From the NCBI RefSeq assembly GCF_034530675.2, contig NZ_JAVRCP020000024.1, forward strand, positions 10,690 through 74,689: 64,000 bases of DNA, written 5' to 3'. Numbering within the stretch: position 1 is the first letter of the stretch; each line of letters starts with the position of its first letter. The stretch comes from Nostoc sp. DedVER02. Lineage in GTDB: Bacteria > Cyanobacteriota > Cyanobacteriia > Cyanobacteriales > Nostocaceae. Both the position numbers and the translations under genes were made by a program. Shown one piece after another: positions 9,851-19,744 of this stretch. The notes below the pieces were generated by a model. That model made no database searches. It was not told the DNA's origin and worked only from the letters and a program-made list of their open reading frames with translations.

Positions 9851-9950
9851 TTTTTTAAGAACTTTACCCGTTGTCAGCTAATCTTTGTGCCAATCCCCTA
9901 TACCTAATATTGCGATCTAAGATTGCTGAGTATCTTATAAATTGCGATCG
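9851..9950 (+). repeat. Dispersed ~100-bp element, copy 1
   Basis: ttttttaagaactttacccgttgtcagctaatctttgtgccaatcccctatacctaatattgcgatctaagattgctgagtatcttataaattgcgatcgc. Close match, by eye, to 12362-12464. Confidence 0.85.
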
Positions 9951-10505
9951 CAAATCAATTGTTCGCTCTAATCACCTACTTCTTTGACATCCCTGATTTC
10001 ATCAAACTAATTCTAAATTTTACGAAAAGTTAGTTTATATACTTTAATGTTATCGGAAAACAGGATTATATAAAAAAATATCATTTAATTGTATTCGCAT
10101 AGATATAAAAACTTTAAGAATGTTGATTTTTGTAAAAGAAATATCATAGAGTGATACTTATCAAAAGTATAGTATATCTATAAACTTTGAGTAGTTTAAA
10201 TGATTCAAAAATTATTTTTGCAAAGAATAAACTTCTTACTCATGGCTAACTAATTGTTAAAATTACAATTTCTGCTTTGATGGAAGCTGCAAATACTCTT
10301 TGTCGATGTATTGGCTTATTTATTGCTATGTGAATTCTATACAAAGTCATTTGATCCGCTATGAATTCGCATATTTAATCGGCAAACTTATAACGAAAAG
10401 AGTATTGAATTATTGAGAGCTTGCTTTAGCAAGTTAATTTTAGCTTGTGGGTAATACATTACTTGCAACAGACAGTGATGTTTTTTTCGTGTGTGAGAAA
10501 TAAGT

Positions 10506-12305
10506 GTGAATAACTACCAATTAATATATGCTATAAGAGTAAGTTTGTTGTGCTTACTTACTGCTTTCATTTCGCTGGGTGCATCACCTGCAAATGCTCA
10601 ACTCCTTGCTGACAATACTGTAAACAATTTTGAAAGCGCAGATAAAGATAACAGGAGTATCTTTTCAACTAATTCTAATTCTCTAGAATCTAATGCGATC
10701 GCTCAAGTAACATCTGTATCTCAATTATCTGATGTCAAGACAACAGATTGGGCTTTTCTTGCGCTGCAATCTGTAGTGGAGCGTTACGGTTGCATTGTGG
10801 GATATCCTGACAGTACTTATAAAGGGAATCGTGCCTTAAGCCGTTATGAATTTGCTGCTGGATTGAATGCTTGCTTAGATAGAATCAACGAACTGATTGC
10901 TACTAGCACTAATGATTTAGTTAAAAAAGAAGATTTAACTACTCTCCAAAAACTCCAAGAAGAATTTGCATCTGAACTTGCAACATTGCGTGGTCGAGTA
11001 GATGCCTTAGAAACTCGCACAGCTACCTTAGAGAAGCAACAGTTTTCTACCACAACTAAACTTAATGGCGAAGCGATTTTCTCTTTATCCACAGCTACAG
11101 GTGGAGAACCAGGTAGCCAAGATGCTAAATTAGCCTTCAATAATCGCGTCAGGCTCAATCTTACCAGCAGCTTTAACGGCAGTGATTTGTTGATTGTTGG
11201 ACTCCAAGCTTACAACTTCAGATCGAGCGGTTCGTTTTATGACAGAGGAACCATCCAAGGCCAATTACTGCCGAATTCAAGTCTTCTTGGCGCAGGTTCA
11301 ACCAAGTTAAGCTTTGAACCTCAATTTCCTGGTTTTAACCCCCAGACACTACAACCTGACGGCGGAGCAAATTCAGTTAGTCTTTACAAGCTAGCTTATG
11401 TCTTACCGTTGTCTCAGAAATTCGTTGTTTTTGGTGGCACAAATGCAGAGATTACAGATGTTTTTCCTGCCATCACTCCTTATGCTAGCGATAGTCAAGG
11501 TGCAATCTCTCGATTTGCAGGTTATAACGCCGCCGTCAGAATTACAGGCGGAACTTCTGGTACAGGTTTATTAGCGGGTGCTGGTTTCTTGTGGAATCCT
11601 TCAAAACAAGTGGGACTCGGAGTTATCTATGGAAGTGGTTCAGCTTCGATACCAGAAGATCGTGGTCTTTTGAACACACCTTTAGGAGGAGGTTTCTTTA
11701 ATGGTACACAAGCGATCGCTGCACAACTGACTCTTAAACCAATCTCAACTCTTGATATTGGCATCAACTATGCACACAGCTATCACACAATTAACATTCT
11801 AGGTACAGGCTTGGGTAGCGCTGATATTGCTTCTATTCGATTTACTCCCAATGCAGCACAACTGGCCAGAGTTGGTGGTGACGCTACACTAGCAACTCTT
11901 GATGAGCCAATCAATGTAAATTCTGTTGGTGCAACGGTAACGTGGCGGTTTGCGCCGAAAACATCTTTGTCACTATCAGGTGCGTTGCTTTTTGCTCATC
12001 TCTTGAATGTAGATGCTTCTACAACCTTTAGTAGCTGGTCGGCTGGGTTGCATTTTCGAGATATATTCCATGAAGGAAACACCGCCGCCGTCATTTTTGG
12101 ACAGCCGCTTTACCGACAATCTGTAGCGGGAAGTGCTTCTCGTCCAGAAGACACGACTCCCTACCATCTAGAAACGTTTTATAACTATCGCGTCAGTGAC
12201 AATATCTCCATTACCCCTGGCGTGTATTTCATCTTCAGTCCCGAAGGCTTTAGTGCTAATGACACAGCAATTGTAGGCGCACTTCGTACTACCTTTGCAT
12301 TCTAG
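10506..12305 (+). CDS. SLH-domain OprB/SomA-type outer-membrane porin
   Basis: Signal peptide, SLH domain (DWAFLALQSVVERYGCIVGYPDSTYKGNRALSRYEFA), a coiled-coil linker, and a beta-barrel-like C-terminal part ending in F. GTG start. Confidence 0.8.
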   Translation: MNNYQLIYAIRVSLLCLLTAFISLGASPANAQLLADNTVNNFESADKDNRSIFSTNSNSLESNAIAQVTSVSQLSDVKTTDWAFLALQSVVERYGCIVGYPDSTYKGNRALSRYEFAAGLNACLDRINELIATSTNDLVKKEDLTTLQKLQEEFASELATLRGRVDALETRTATLEKQQFSTTTKLNGEAIFSLSTATGGEPGSQDAKLAFNNRVRLNLTSSFNGSDLLIVGLQAYNFRSSGSFYDRGTIQGQLLPNSSLLGAGSTKLSFEPQFPGFNPQTLQPDGGANSVSLYKLAYVLPLSQKFVVFGGTNAEITDVFPAITPYASDSQGAISRFAGYNAAVRITGGTSGTGLLAGAGFLWNPSKQVGLGVIYGSGSASIPEDRGLLNTPLGGGFFNGTQAIAAQLTLKPISTLDIGINYAHSYHTINILGTGLGSADIASIRFTPNAAQLARVGGDATLATLDEPINVNSVGATVTWRFAPKTSLSLSGALLFAHLLNVDASTTFSSWSAGLHFRDIFHEGNTAAVIFGQPLYRQSVAGSASRPEDTTPYHLETFYNYRVSDNISITPGVYFIFSPEGFSANDTAIVGALRTTFAF

Positions 12306-12361
12306 AACACCAGTTTAGTAGAAGTTGGGATTGGGGACTATGAGCTATTTCGACACAAAGA

Positions 12362-12464
12362 GGTTTTTCAGGAACTTTACCTGTTGTCAGCTAATCTTTG
12401 TGCCAGTCCCCCATACCCAATATTGCGATCTAAGATTGTTGGGTATTCTATAAATTGCGATCGC
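12362..12464 (+). repeat. Dispersed ~100-bp element, copy 2 (same orientation as copy 1)
   Basis: ggtttttcaggaactttacctgttgtcagctaatctttgtgccagtcccccatacccaatattgcgatctaagattgttgggtattctataaattgcgatcgc. Ends 10 nt before the ABC ATPase start. Confidence 0.85.
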
Positions 12465-12474
12465 CACTATACCG

Positions 12475-13479
12475 ATGATCGAAGTTGAACATCTAAGTAA
12501 AATATACGGCTCTACTCCAGCGATTACTGATGTTACTTTTAGCGTCGAACCTGGGGAAATTTTAGGGTTGTTAGGGCCTAATGGCGCTGGGAAAACCACA
12601 ACCATGCGGATTCTGGCTGGTTATTTACCGGCAACAAATGGAAATGCCCGAATTGCTGGTTATGACGTCCATGAAAATTCCCTGGCTGTGCGCCAACGAA
12701 TTGGTTACTTACCCGAAACACCGCCGTTATATCCAGATATGACGGTGGAGGGATTTTTGCATTTTGTCGCCCAAATTAAGGGAGTTCCAGCAGGCGATCG
12801 CCCCAACAAGGTATTAGCCGCTATCAAACGCTGCAACTTAGAAGATAAGCGGCGGGTAATTATTCGCAAACTCTCTAAAGGATACCGCCAACGTGTCGGA
12901 ATTGCTCAAGCGATCGTCCACGATCCACCAGCAATTATTCTCGATGAACCCACCGTTGGACTCGATCCTCGACAAATCATAGAAGTGCGGAATTTAATTA
13001 AAAGTCTTGCTGGTACTCACACAATCATTCTTTCCACGCACATTCTCCCAGAAGTGAGCATGACTTGTAGCCGCGTCGCCATCATCAATCGCGGCAAAGT
13101 TGTGGCAACTAATACACCAGAAAGCTTGATGACTCAGTTGACAGGTGGCTCAGGATATGAATTAGAAATAGAAGGAGAAGCTGCCTTAGCCAAACAGGTG
13201 TTGCAAAATGTTCCAGGTGTTAGTTTGATAGAATCGATTCCCACCGCTGGAGGACATCAACCGCAGACAAATCGTGCTTACCTGCGAGTGATATCGCAAC
13301 CGGGAAAAGAACCAGGAAAAGATATTGTTGCCACATTAGTACGTGCAGGCTTTGGTTTACATGAACTGCGGCGAGTCAACGCTACCTTAGAAGATGTATT
13401 CTTGCAACTAACCACAGAAGAAAAAAATTTCGAGACTGAGGTAGACTTAGCAGCAGACCAAGAAGGAGAAGCAGCGTAA
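12475..13479 (+). CDS. ABC transporter ATP-binding protein (ABC-2/GldA-like)
   Basis: Walker A GPNGAGKTT, signature LSKGYRQR, Walker B IILDEPT. Confidence 0.85.
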   Translation: MIEVEHLSKIYGSTPAITDVTFSVEPGEILGLLGPNGAGKTTTMRILAGYLPATNGNARIAGYDVHENSLAVRQRIGYLPETPPLYPDMTVEGFLHFVAQIKGVPAGDRPNKVLAAIKRCNLEDKRRVIIRKLSKGYRQRVGIAQAIVHDPPAIILDEPTVGLDPRQIIEVRNLIKSLAGTHTIILSTHILPEVSMTCSRVAIINRGKVVATNTPESLMTQLTGGSGYELEIEGEAALAKQVLQNVPGVSLIESIPTAGGHQPQTNRAYLRVISQPGKEPGKDIVATLVRAGFGLHELRRVNATLEDVFLQLTTEEKNFETEVDLAADQEGEAA

Positions 13480-14292
13480 ATGGGTGTAGTGCTGAGTAAT
13501 ATTATTGCCATTTATCGCCGAGAGTTACAGAGTTATTTTGTATCGCCTTTAGCTTATGCGATCGCAGGCATATTTTGGTTTATCGCCGGGTTATTCTTCG
13601 TGATGATTTTGCTAGGGCCAGACGGCATTTTGGTAGGAGTCGCGGCAATAGATGCACAAGGGCAACAACTCGGAGTGCCAACACCGCCGATAGATGTCCC
13701 CTATGAATTTGTCCGAGCGTTTTTAGATCGTATGGGGTGGCTATTGTTGTTTATCTTGCCGATTCTCTCAATGGGACTCTATGCCGAAGAACGGAAGCGC
13801 GGCACTTTAGAACTATTAGCCACGTCACCAATCACCAACTGGGCGGTAGCTGTAGGTAAGTTATTAGGTGTGCTAACATTTTTTACCACGATGGTTGTAC
13901 CCATGTTAGTGTTGGAAGCGATCGCAATCAGTGGATCGAATCCACCAATGGCATTCTCAATTCCCTTGCTGGGTCATTTTGGATTAATCTTACTAGCAGC
14001 AGCAATTTTATCTGTAGGAATGTTTATTTCCTCCTTAACAGACAGTACAATTCTGTCTGCGGTCTTCACATTTGCAGTAATTTTATTATTGTTATTGATT
14101 GATTTAATCGCCAGAATTGTCCCTGGGCCAGTAGGTGAAGCTTTAGGTTATCTGTCCTTGCTGAAACATTACAACACCTTAATTCAAGGGATTTTTGATA
14201 CCAGCGCCTTAATTTTATTCGCCAGTTACATTTTTTTGGGCATCTTTCTCACCGCTCAATCAATTGATGCATTGCGCTTTCAAAGGCAATAG
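13480..14292 (+). CDS. ABC-2 type transporter permease (GldF-like)
   Basis: The start abuts the ATPase stop (TAA ATG). About 6 TM segments. Confidence 0.7.
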   Translation: MGVVLSNIIAIYRRELQSYFVSPLAYAIAGIFWFIAGLFFVMILLGPDGILVGVAAIDAQGQQLGVPTPPIDVPYEFVRAFLDRMGWLLLFILPILSMGLYAEERKRGTLELLATSPITNWAVAVGKLLGVLTFFTTMVVPMLVLEAIAISGSNPPMAFSIPLLGHFGLILLAAAILSVGMFISSLTDSTILSAVFTFAVILLLLLIDLIARIVPGPVGEALGYLSLLKHYNTLIQGIFDTSALILFASYIFLGIFLTAQSIDALRFQRQ

Positions 14293-14322
14293 TCATTTGT
14301 CATTTGTCATTTGTTATTTGGT
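14292..14322 (+). repeat. STRR heptamer array (TCATTTG)n
   Basis: gtcatttgtcatttgtcatttgttatttggt. Inverted relative to the array at 14765-14797. Confidence 0.9.
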
Positions 14323-14681
14323 ATATTGCCAATTGAGTTTAGGTAGGAGTTTAATTTTGGTGCTAGTTTGTTAATGATGGTTTTGATTGTATTTATTTGT
14401 TTGCTAGTTAAAATGTTACGAGTGTAAGCCCGTCTTAACCAATGTTGAGTTTCATTCAAAGAACCTCAAGTATCCTTATAAAACGTCTATTTTCTTGAAA
14501 ACTACCTCTTCCCACACCCTCTGCTATATTGGCACCAATACTATCTGCCGAACGAACAATCTGTTTACCAATCGTATCTTTTGCAAAAAAGTTCCATCCT
14601 TCAACAATTTTCCAAATGTCATCTGATAATTGTTCTGACAATTGATACACCTGCTAATTCTTGAAAACGCTTTGTTGCCAT
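14307..14681 (-). pseudogene. Four-helix-bundle protein (23S rRNA intervening-sequence protein family), disrupted by two frameshifts
   Basis: Three frame segments. ATG at 14679-14681 gives MATKRFQEL. The listed ORF at 14456-14650 carries IGKQIVRSADSIGANIAEGVGRGS. A third frame from 14465 down to the stop at 14307 reads GSLNETQHWLRRAYTRNILTSKQ...LNSYLNSIG. Confidence 0.65.
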
Positions 14682-14764
14682 TTATTCAGTCAGTTGTCTC
14701 GCTAATTTTTATTTATCAATTTTCGTGCATATATTTTTCCTTGTCACTAATTTTTGACATATAA

Positions 14765-14797
14765 CCAATGACCAATGACCAATGACAAATGACAAAT
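14765..14797 (+). repeat. STRR heptamer array (CCAATGA/CAAATGA)n
   Basis: ccaatgaccaatgaccaatgacaaatgacaaat lies directly upstream of the GldG-like gene. Confidence 0.9.
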
Positions 14798-14798
14798 T

Positions 14799-16610
14799 AT
14801 GAAGATAGTTGCAAAAAAGAAACTGTGGAAATATTTGTTTTGGTTGGGCCCGTTCCTAATTGCTGTCGGCTTAACAGTTGGGTTAGTCTCTGAACAATGG
14901 GGACTAATTCCATTAGCATTTCTGATTGCGGGAATTGCAATTAGTGGGTTTGGAATAATATGGCAAAGCTACGAGACTAACTGGTGGAAACGTCGTTCTA
15001 CCCAAGCTGGGACTAATGCCTTAGTAGCAACTCTAGCAGTGTTGACAATTTTGGGATTGATTAACTTTTTAGGTACTCGCTACCACTTGCGGGCAGACTT
15101 AACAGAAAGTCAATTATTTACCCTTGCGCCCCAGTCACGAGAATTGGTTAGTGTTTTACCACAACCAGTTAAGGTGTGGGTATTTGATATTAACCAAAAT
15201 CCTCAAGACCGAGAATTGCTAGAAAATTATCAACGACAAAGCTCAAAATTTAAATATGAATACATCGACCCCCAAGCTAGACCAGGACTTGCAGAAAAGT
15301 TTGGCGTTAAAGATTATGGGGAAGTTTATTTAGAATCTGGAGATAAACGGCAATTAGTACAAACAGTAAATCAAAATGAGCGATTATCAGAAATTAGATT
15401 AACTAGTCGCCTGCAACAACTAACAAATTCAACCACAGCCAAAGTTTACTTACTCCAAGGTCATGGCGAACGCCAACTTTCGCCTGGTAAAGATGCAATA
15501 TCACAAGCTGTTCAGGGATTAGGCGACAAAAATTTCACAACATCACCCTTGAACTTAGGAGAAACTTCTAAAGTTCCTCAAGATGCGTCTGTAGTGATAG
15601 TAGCTGGCCCCAAGCGAGGACTATTTGAAGGCGAAGTCAAAGCTTTGCAAGAATATCTTAATCGCGGCGGTAACTTACTGCTAATGATCGATCCGAATAC
15701 CGATCCCAAACTTAACAGCTTGCTACAAGAGTGGGGTGTTCGTCTAGATAATCGTTTAGCAGTTGATGTCTCTGGCGAAAGCGTCGTGGGACTTGGCCCT
15801 GCTGCACCCTTAGTAACAGAATACGGACAACATCCAATTACCAAAGATTTCGGTAACGGTAATTCTTTTTATCCAATTTCTCGACCACTGGAAATTACCT
15901 CTGTGCCTGGTGTTCAGGCTACTCCATTGCTACGAACCAAACCCTATCCCAAAAGCTGGGCAGAAAGCGACCTCCAAAGCGAAAAATTAGAGTTTAATGA
16001 AGGTAAAGACCTGAAAGGGCCTTTAACCTTGGGCGTTGCTTTAACTAGAAAACAAACAGCTAAATCTGCTTCAACTCCCCAGGCTTCACCCACACCTTCA
16101 CCCCTACCATCACCAACCACTCAAGGTAAAGCAACTCCTACTCCTTCCGCCTCCCGCAGCACTCCACAAGCTTCACCTTTGCCATCACCAACCACCCAAG
16201 GTAAAGCTAGCCCCACTCCTTCCGCCTCCCGCAGCACTCTGCAAGCTTCACCTTTGCCATCACCAACCACCCAAGGTAAAGCTAGCCCTACCACCACATC
16301 TGCGGCTACTGCTTCTCCAACTCCTTCATCTCAAACAGCTACCGAATCACGCTTAGTAGTTTTAGGAAATTCCAATTTCGCTACCGATGGTTTGTTTCAA
16401 CAGCAATTAAATGGAGATGTATTCCTCAACTCAGTTACTTGGCTGAGTCAACAGGATCAGCAACCCCTTTCCATTCGCCCCAAAGAGCCAAAAAACCGTC
16501 GGATAACCCTGACAAGCACACAAGGTAATTTTCTAATATTGTTATCTCTTTTAATTTTGCCTTTAATTGGATTTGCGATCGCAGTTATTATCTGGTGGAA
16601 ACGACGCTAA
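14799..16610 (+). CDS. GldG-like auxiliary component of the ABC-2 transport system
   Basis: N-terminal TM pair, a large extracytoplasmic domain and a C-terminal TM. Conserved position after the ABC-2 ATPase and permease. Confidence 0.7.
   Translation: MKIVAKKKLWKYLFWLGPFLIAVGLTVGLVSEQWGLIPLAFLIAGIAISGFGIIWQSYETNWWKRRSTQAGTNALVATLAVLTILGLINFLGTRYHLRADLTESQLFTLAPQSRELVSVLPQPVKVWVFDINQNPQDRELLENYQRQSSKFKYEYIDPQARPGLAEKFGVKDYGEVYLESGDKRQLVQTVNQNERLSEIRLTSRLQQLTNSTTAKVYLLQGHGERQLSPGKDAISQAVQGLGDKNFTTSPLNLGETSKVPQDASVVIVAGPKRGLFEGEVKALQEYLNRGGNLLLMIDPNTDPKLNSLLQEWGVRLDNRLAVDVSGESVVGLGPAAPLVTEYGQHPITKDFGNGNSFYPISRPLEITSVPGVQATPLLRTKPYPKSWAESDLQSEKLEFNEGKDLKGPLTLGVALTRKQTAKSASTPQASPTPSPLPSPTTQGKATPTPSASRSTPQASPLPSPTTQGKASPTPSASRSTLQASPLPSPTTQGKASPTTTSAATASPTPSSQTATESRLVVLGNSNFATDGLFQQQLNGDVFLNSVTWLSQQDQQPLSIRPKEPKNRRITLTSTQGNFLILLSLLILPLIGFAIAVIIWWKRR
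16071..16292 (+). repeat. In-frame 75-bp tandem repeat encoding a Pro/Ser/Thr-rich linker
   Basis: Units start at about 16071 (degenerate), 16158 and 16233. The peptide STPQASPLPSPTTQGKASPTPSASR is repeated. Confidence 0.85.
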
Positions 16611-16702
16611 GAAAAAAGTTAGGAGAGACGCGATTAATCGCGTCTGTACAAGATTTAGGAGTTATAAATACTGACTCTTCACCAATGACAAATGACTAAA
16701 AA

Positions 16703-17326
16703 ATGAAATTGCCACGAACGACTTTAATTTTGATACTGCTAATGCTGGGTTTAGGCGCTTTTGTTTACTTCCATGAAATTCGGGGTGCGGCTGTGCGAGA
16801 AGAAACCAAGGAGCAAAAGCAGAAAATTTTCTCTTTTGCCGCAGATGATGTTCAATCTCTAACAGTCAAGACAAAAAAACTCACCCTGAATTTAGAACGT
16901 AACCCTGAACCGAGTAACCCCAAGTGGGTAATCAAATCTCCCATATCGGGCCCAGCCAATGATGCCATTGTTTCTTATTTAATGGATTTGCTGGTCAAAG
17001 GTAATAGCGATCGCACCTTATCAACTCCAGCGAAAGAACTTGGACAATTTGCCCTAGATCAACCCCCAGCAACCATCAATATCACCCTAAAAAATCGACA
17101 AAGCCATCAGTTGATTTTGGGTAAATCTAACTTTAACGGACGTTTCTTATATGCTCAAGCTGACCCGGCCGCTAAACCCGATGGAAATATAAATGTGCTG
17201 TTGGTATCTACAGATTTTGCAAATGCCGTGAATCGGGATCTATCAGAGTGGCAGCAACCGGTAGATAATAGTCAAAAACTACCTCCGCTTACCATTCCTA
17301 AACCGAGCCCGACAAATAGCAAATAA
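16703..17326 (+). CDS. DUF4340-like protein (usual partner of GldG-type systems)
   Basis: N-terminal TM/signal anchor. The position after the gldG-like gene matches the conserved four-gene layout. Confidence 0.45.
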   Translation: MKLPRTTLILILLMLGLGAFVYFHEIRGAAVREETKEQKQKIFSFAADDVQSLTVKTKKLTLNLERNPEPSNPKWVIKSPISGPANDAIVSYLMDLLVKGNSDRTLSTPAKELGQFALDQPPATINITLKNRQSHQLILGKSNFNGRFLYAQADPAAKPDGNINVLLVSTDFANAVNRDLSEWQQPVDNSQKLPPLTIPKPSPTNSK

Positions 17327-17349
17327 TTAATTAAAAATCTGGCGATATT

Positions 17350-18204
17350 ATGACAAATCCGACAGCAACATTGCTGATTTCCTGCCCGGATCAACGGGGA
17401 CTGGTGGCGAAATTCGCCAATTTCATCTATTCTAACGGTGGTAATATTATTCATGCAGATCAGCATACAGACTTTGCTGCTGGGTTATTTCTCACCCGCA
17501 TTGAATGGCAGCTAGAGGGGTTTAATTTACCGCGTGAGTTTATTGCCCCGGCTTTTAATTCTATTGCCCAACCTCTTAGTGCTAAGTGGCAAATACGTTT
17601 TTCTGATACAGTACCACGCATTGCTATTTGGGTAAGTCGGCAAGACCATTGTCTATTTGATTTAATTTGGCGACAACGCGCTAAAGAATTTGTGGCTGAA
17701 ATTCCTTTAATTATTAGTAACCATTCTAATTTAAAGGTAGTCGCAGAGCAATTTAATATCGACTTTCAGCACGTTCCTATTACTAAAGATAATAAATCAG
17801 AACAAGAAGCTCAACAATTAGAATTACTCCGCCAGTACAAAATAGATTTAGTTGTATTGGCAAAATATATGCAAATTGTTAGTGCAGATTTTATTAGTCA
17901 ATTTCCACAAATTATTAATATACATCATTCATTTTTACCAGCTTTTATCGGTGCAAATCCCTATCATCGAGCTTTTGAGCGGGGTGTAAAAATTATTGGA
18001 GCAACGGCGCATTATGCCACTGCTGATTTAGATGCAGGGCCAATTATTGAACAGGATGTGGTGCGAGTTAGTCACCGTGATGAAGTTGATGATTTAGTGA
18101 GAAAAGGCAAAGATTTGGAAAGAGTTGTATTAGCAAGAGCGGTGCGATCGCACTTACAAAATCGTGTATTAGTCTATGGTAATAGGACAGTGGTATTTGA
18201 GTAA
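17350..18204 (+). CDS. purU: Formyltetrahydrofolate deformylase
   Basis: N-terminal ACT-like domain plus a formyltransferase domain (HHSFLPAF, GATAHYAT, LDAGPII). Confidence 0.85.
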   Translation: MTNPTATLLISCPDQRGLVAKFANFIYSNGGNIIHADQHTDFAAGLFLTRIEWQLEGFNLPREFIAPAFNSIAQPLSAKWQIRFSDTVPRIAIWVSRQDHCLFDLIWRQRAKEFVAEIPLIISNHSNLKVVAEQFNIDFQHVPITKDNKSEQEAQQLELLRQYKIDLVVLAKYMQIVSADFISQFPQIINIHHSFLPAFIGANPYHRAFERGVKIIGATAHYATADLDAGPIIEQDVVRVSHRDEVDDLVRKGKDLERVVLARAVRSHLQNRVLVYGNRTVVFE

Positions 18205-18244
18205 ATGATGCTTAAGTGTATGAAAATCACACCGGATAAAAACA

Positions 18245-18264
18245 AAGTCCGCCTACGCGGACTT
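18245..18264 (-). terminator. Rho-independent terminator candidate for the 18301-19605 gene
   Basis: aagtccgc-ctac-gcggactt. On the minus strand the hairpin is followed by tgttttt. Confidence 0.5.
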
Positions 18265-18300
18265 AAAAAAATAGTTATTTCAAGAATTGCCGTAGCTGTT

Positions 18301-19605
18301 TTAGTTACCTGAAACTACCTCTAACTCATCTTCTGATTTATCTCTAATGTTAAAATAGTGATAAAGATTAGCAACAGTTAAGTCTGATGCTTGTTGCAAA
18401 TTGGATGTAACTAATGTTTTATAACCATTAACTCCAGCTTGTTGACTAATATAAAATTCATACTCTCGACGTAGTTCAGGCTCGAATATAAATAACAACT
18501 GATCCCGAAGCGAATAGAAATGAGATTTTTCGGCTAAACTCTCATATAATAATTGTTCTGGCAGTTCTCCTAAATTGATTGCAGAGTCATGAGTATCTGC
18601 ATTAGTAGTTAATTGTGAACTATTCAAATCGGCACTACTTAAAAGTTTCAATTCTGATGAAGGAAGCGACCGTATCCAATCGACATGATTTTGCCACGAA
18701 TTCAATACAGCTAAATCATGATTTTTGATGTGAATAATTTCGGGAAAGAGAAAATCAAGCTCATCATGTGATTCACAGCGATTAATCACATGATGAGCAT
18801 CTTTACAGATTTTATCTTGGAGTAGAATGAGGCGATCGCTCACTGCTGAAACCTCATTCTGCACTTGATAAGTTGCAACAATCGCCTGTTCAATTGCCCA
18901 AGCGCATTCGAGTCTGCGTAATTGACCAGCTGCACAGGTTTCTTCCAGTAGATGGGGATTGCTGTAATCTGCTAAAGCCGCAAATAACATTCCTCTGACA
19001 TCATCAATTTCAGCATTTCTCCGGCTTAAATCTTGCAACTGCATCGCTGAACGGAAGCGATTCATCGCCTGGATAAACACTCCATACGCCCTTACTAAAG
19101 CTGTGCGATGTTGCTCAAATTTGATATCTTGGGCTACTTGTTCGATTATTTGTCTAATTTCTACTCCTTGGTCTTTTAAGGCTTGTTTCAAGTCAATAAA
19201 ACCGTTTTTGACTTCTAGCCTCATTTGCTCTACTTCTTTTCTTAATTTCATTGTTTGGTGCAGGTTTACTGCTGTCAACGCTACACCTGTAATTGTCCCT
19301 ACACCAATCAAGGCTGTAGTTGCTTGCAGCACACCCAAGCGAGTCTGTATAGTTTGCAATCCATTTAATACAGATGTAAAGCCTTGATGAGTTTGATACA
19401 TCTGCATCCCACTTGCAACCAAATTAGGAGCAGCTACTAATGGTGATAAAGGGCTGTTATTGACTACAGCACCTATGGCATTGGCAACAAACTGACCAGT
19501 TACTGCATCTCTGGCTATACCTATCGGTACTCCGTTGCTAAAGACTTGTAAATATTTACCAGCCTCAATACCAGCTTGAATTGCAGGCGCAAATTGGAAC
19601 AGCAT
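18301..19605 (-). CDS. Hypothetical membrane-associated coiled-coil protein
   Basis: 434 aa. Gly/Ala-rich N-terminal ~120 aa with a hydrophobic segment (ATTALIGVGTITGVALTAVNL), then a long helical region. Divergent from the dynamin-like gene. No family recognised. Confidence 0.4.
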   Translation of the reverse strand: MLFQFAPAIQAGIEAGKYLQVFSNGVPIGIARDAVTGQFVANAIGAVVNNSPLSPLVAAPNLVASGMQMYQTHQGFTSVLNGLQTIQTRLGVLQATTALIGVGTITGVALTAVNLHQTMKLRKEVEQMRLEVKNGFIDLKQALKDQGVEIRQIIEQVAQDIKFEQHRTALVRAYGVFIQAMNRFRSAMQLQDLSRRNAEIDDVRGMLFAALADYSNPHLLEETCAAGQLRRLECAWAIEQAIVATYQVQNEVSAVSDRLILLQDKICKDAHHVINRCESHDELDFLFPEIIHIKNHDLAVLNSWQNHVDWIRSLPSSELKLLSSADLNSSQLTTNADTHDSAINLGELPEQLLYESLAEKSHFYSLRDQLLFIFEPELRREYEFYISQQAGVNGYKTLVTSNLQQASDLTVANLYHYFNIRDKSEDELEVVSGN

Positions 19606-19744
19606 ATTTTTAGGTTGCTAAAAGCGAATTTTCTTGAGCTTAACTGGTATAAAAAAGTAAAGATAACCGTATTTATTCGGTATATTAATTTTGTCTAAAT
19701 CTGGGCATACTAAGCCTGAAAAACTCTATCGCCTTATATGATTT

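Noticed and set aside
9698-9907. 69-aa ORF (MTYNAIVPADNGIVLPNN...)
   Set aside because: It is simply the translation of the 21-bp DNA tandem repeat, running into the 100-bp dispersed element. It has a TTG start and no ribosome-binding site, so it is treated as non-coding repeat.
12387-12605. 72-aa minus-strand ORF
   Set aside because: It overlaps the dispersed repeat and the well-supported ABC ATPase N-terminus (Walker A) on the other strand.
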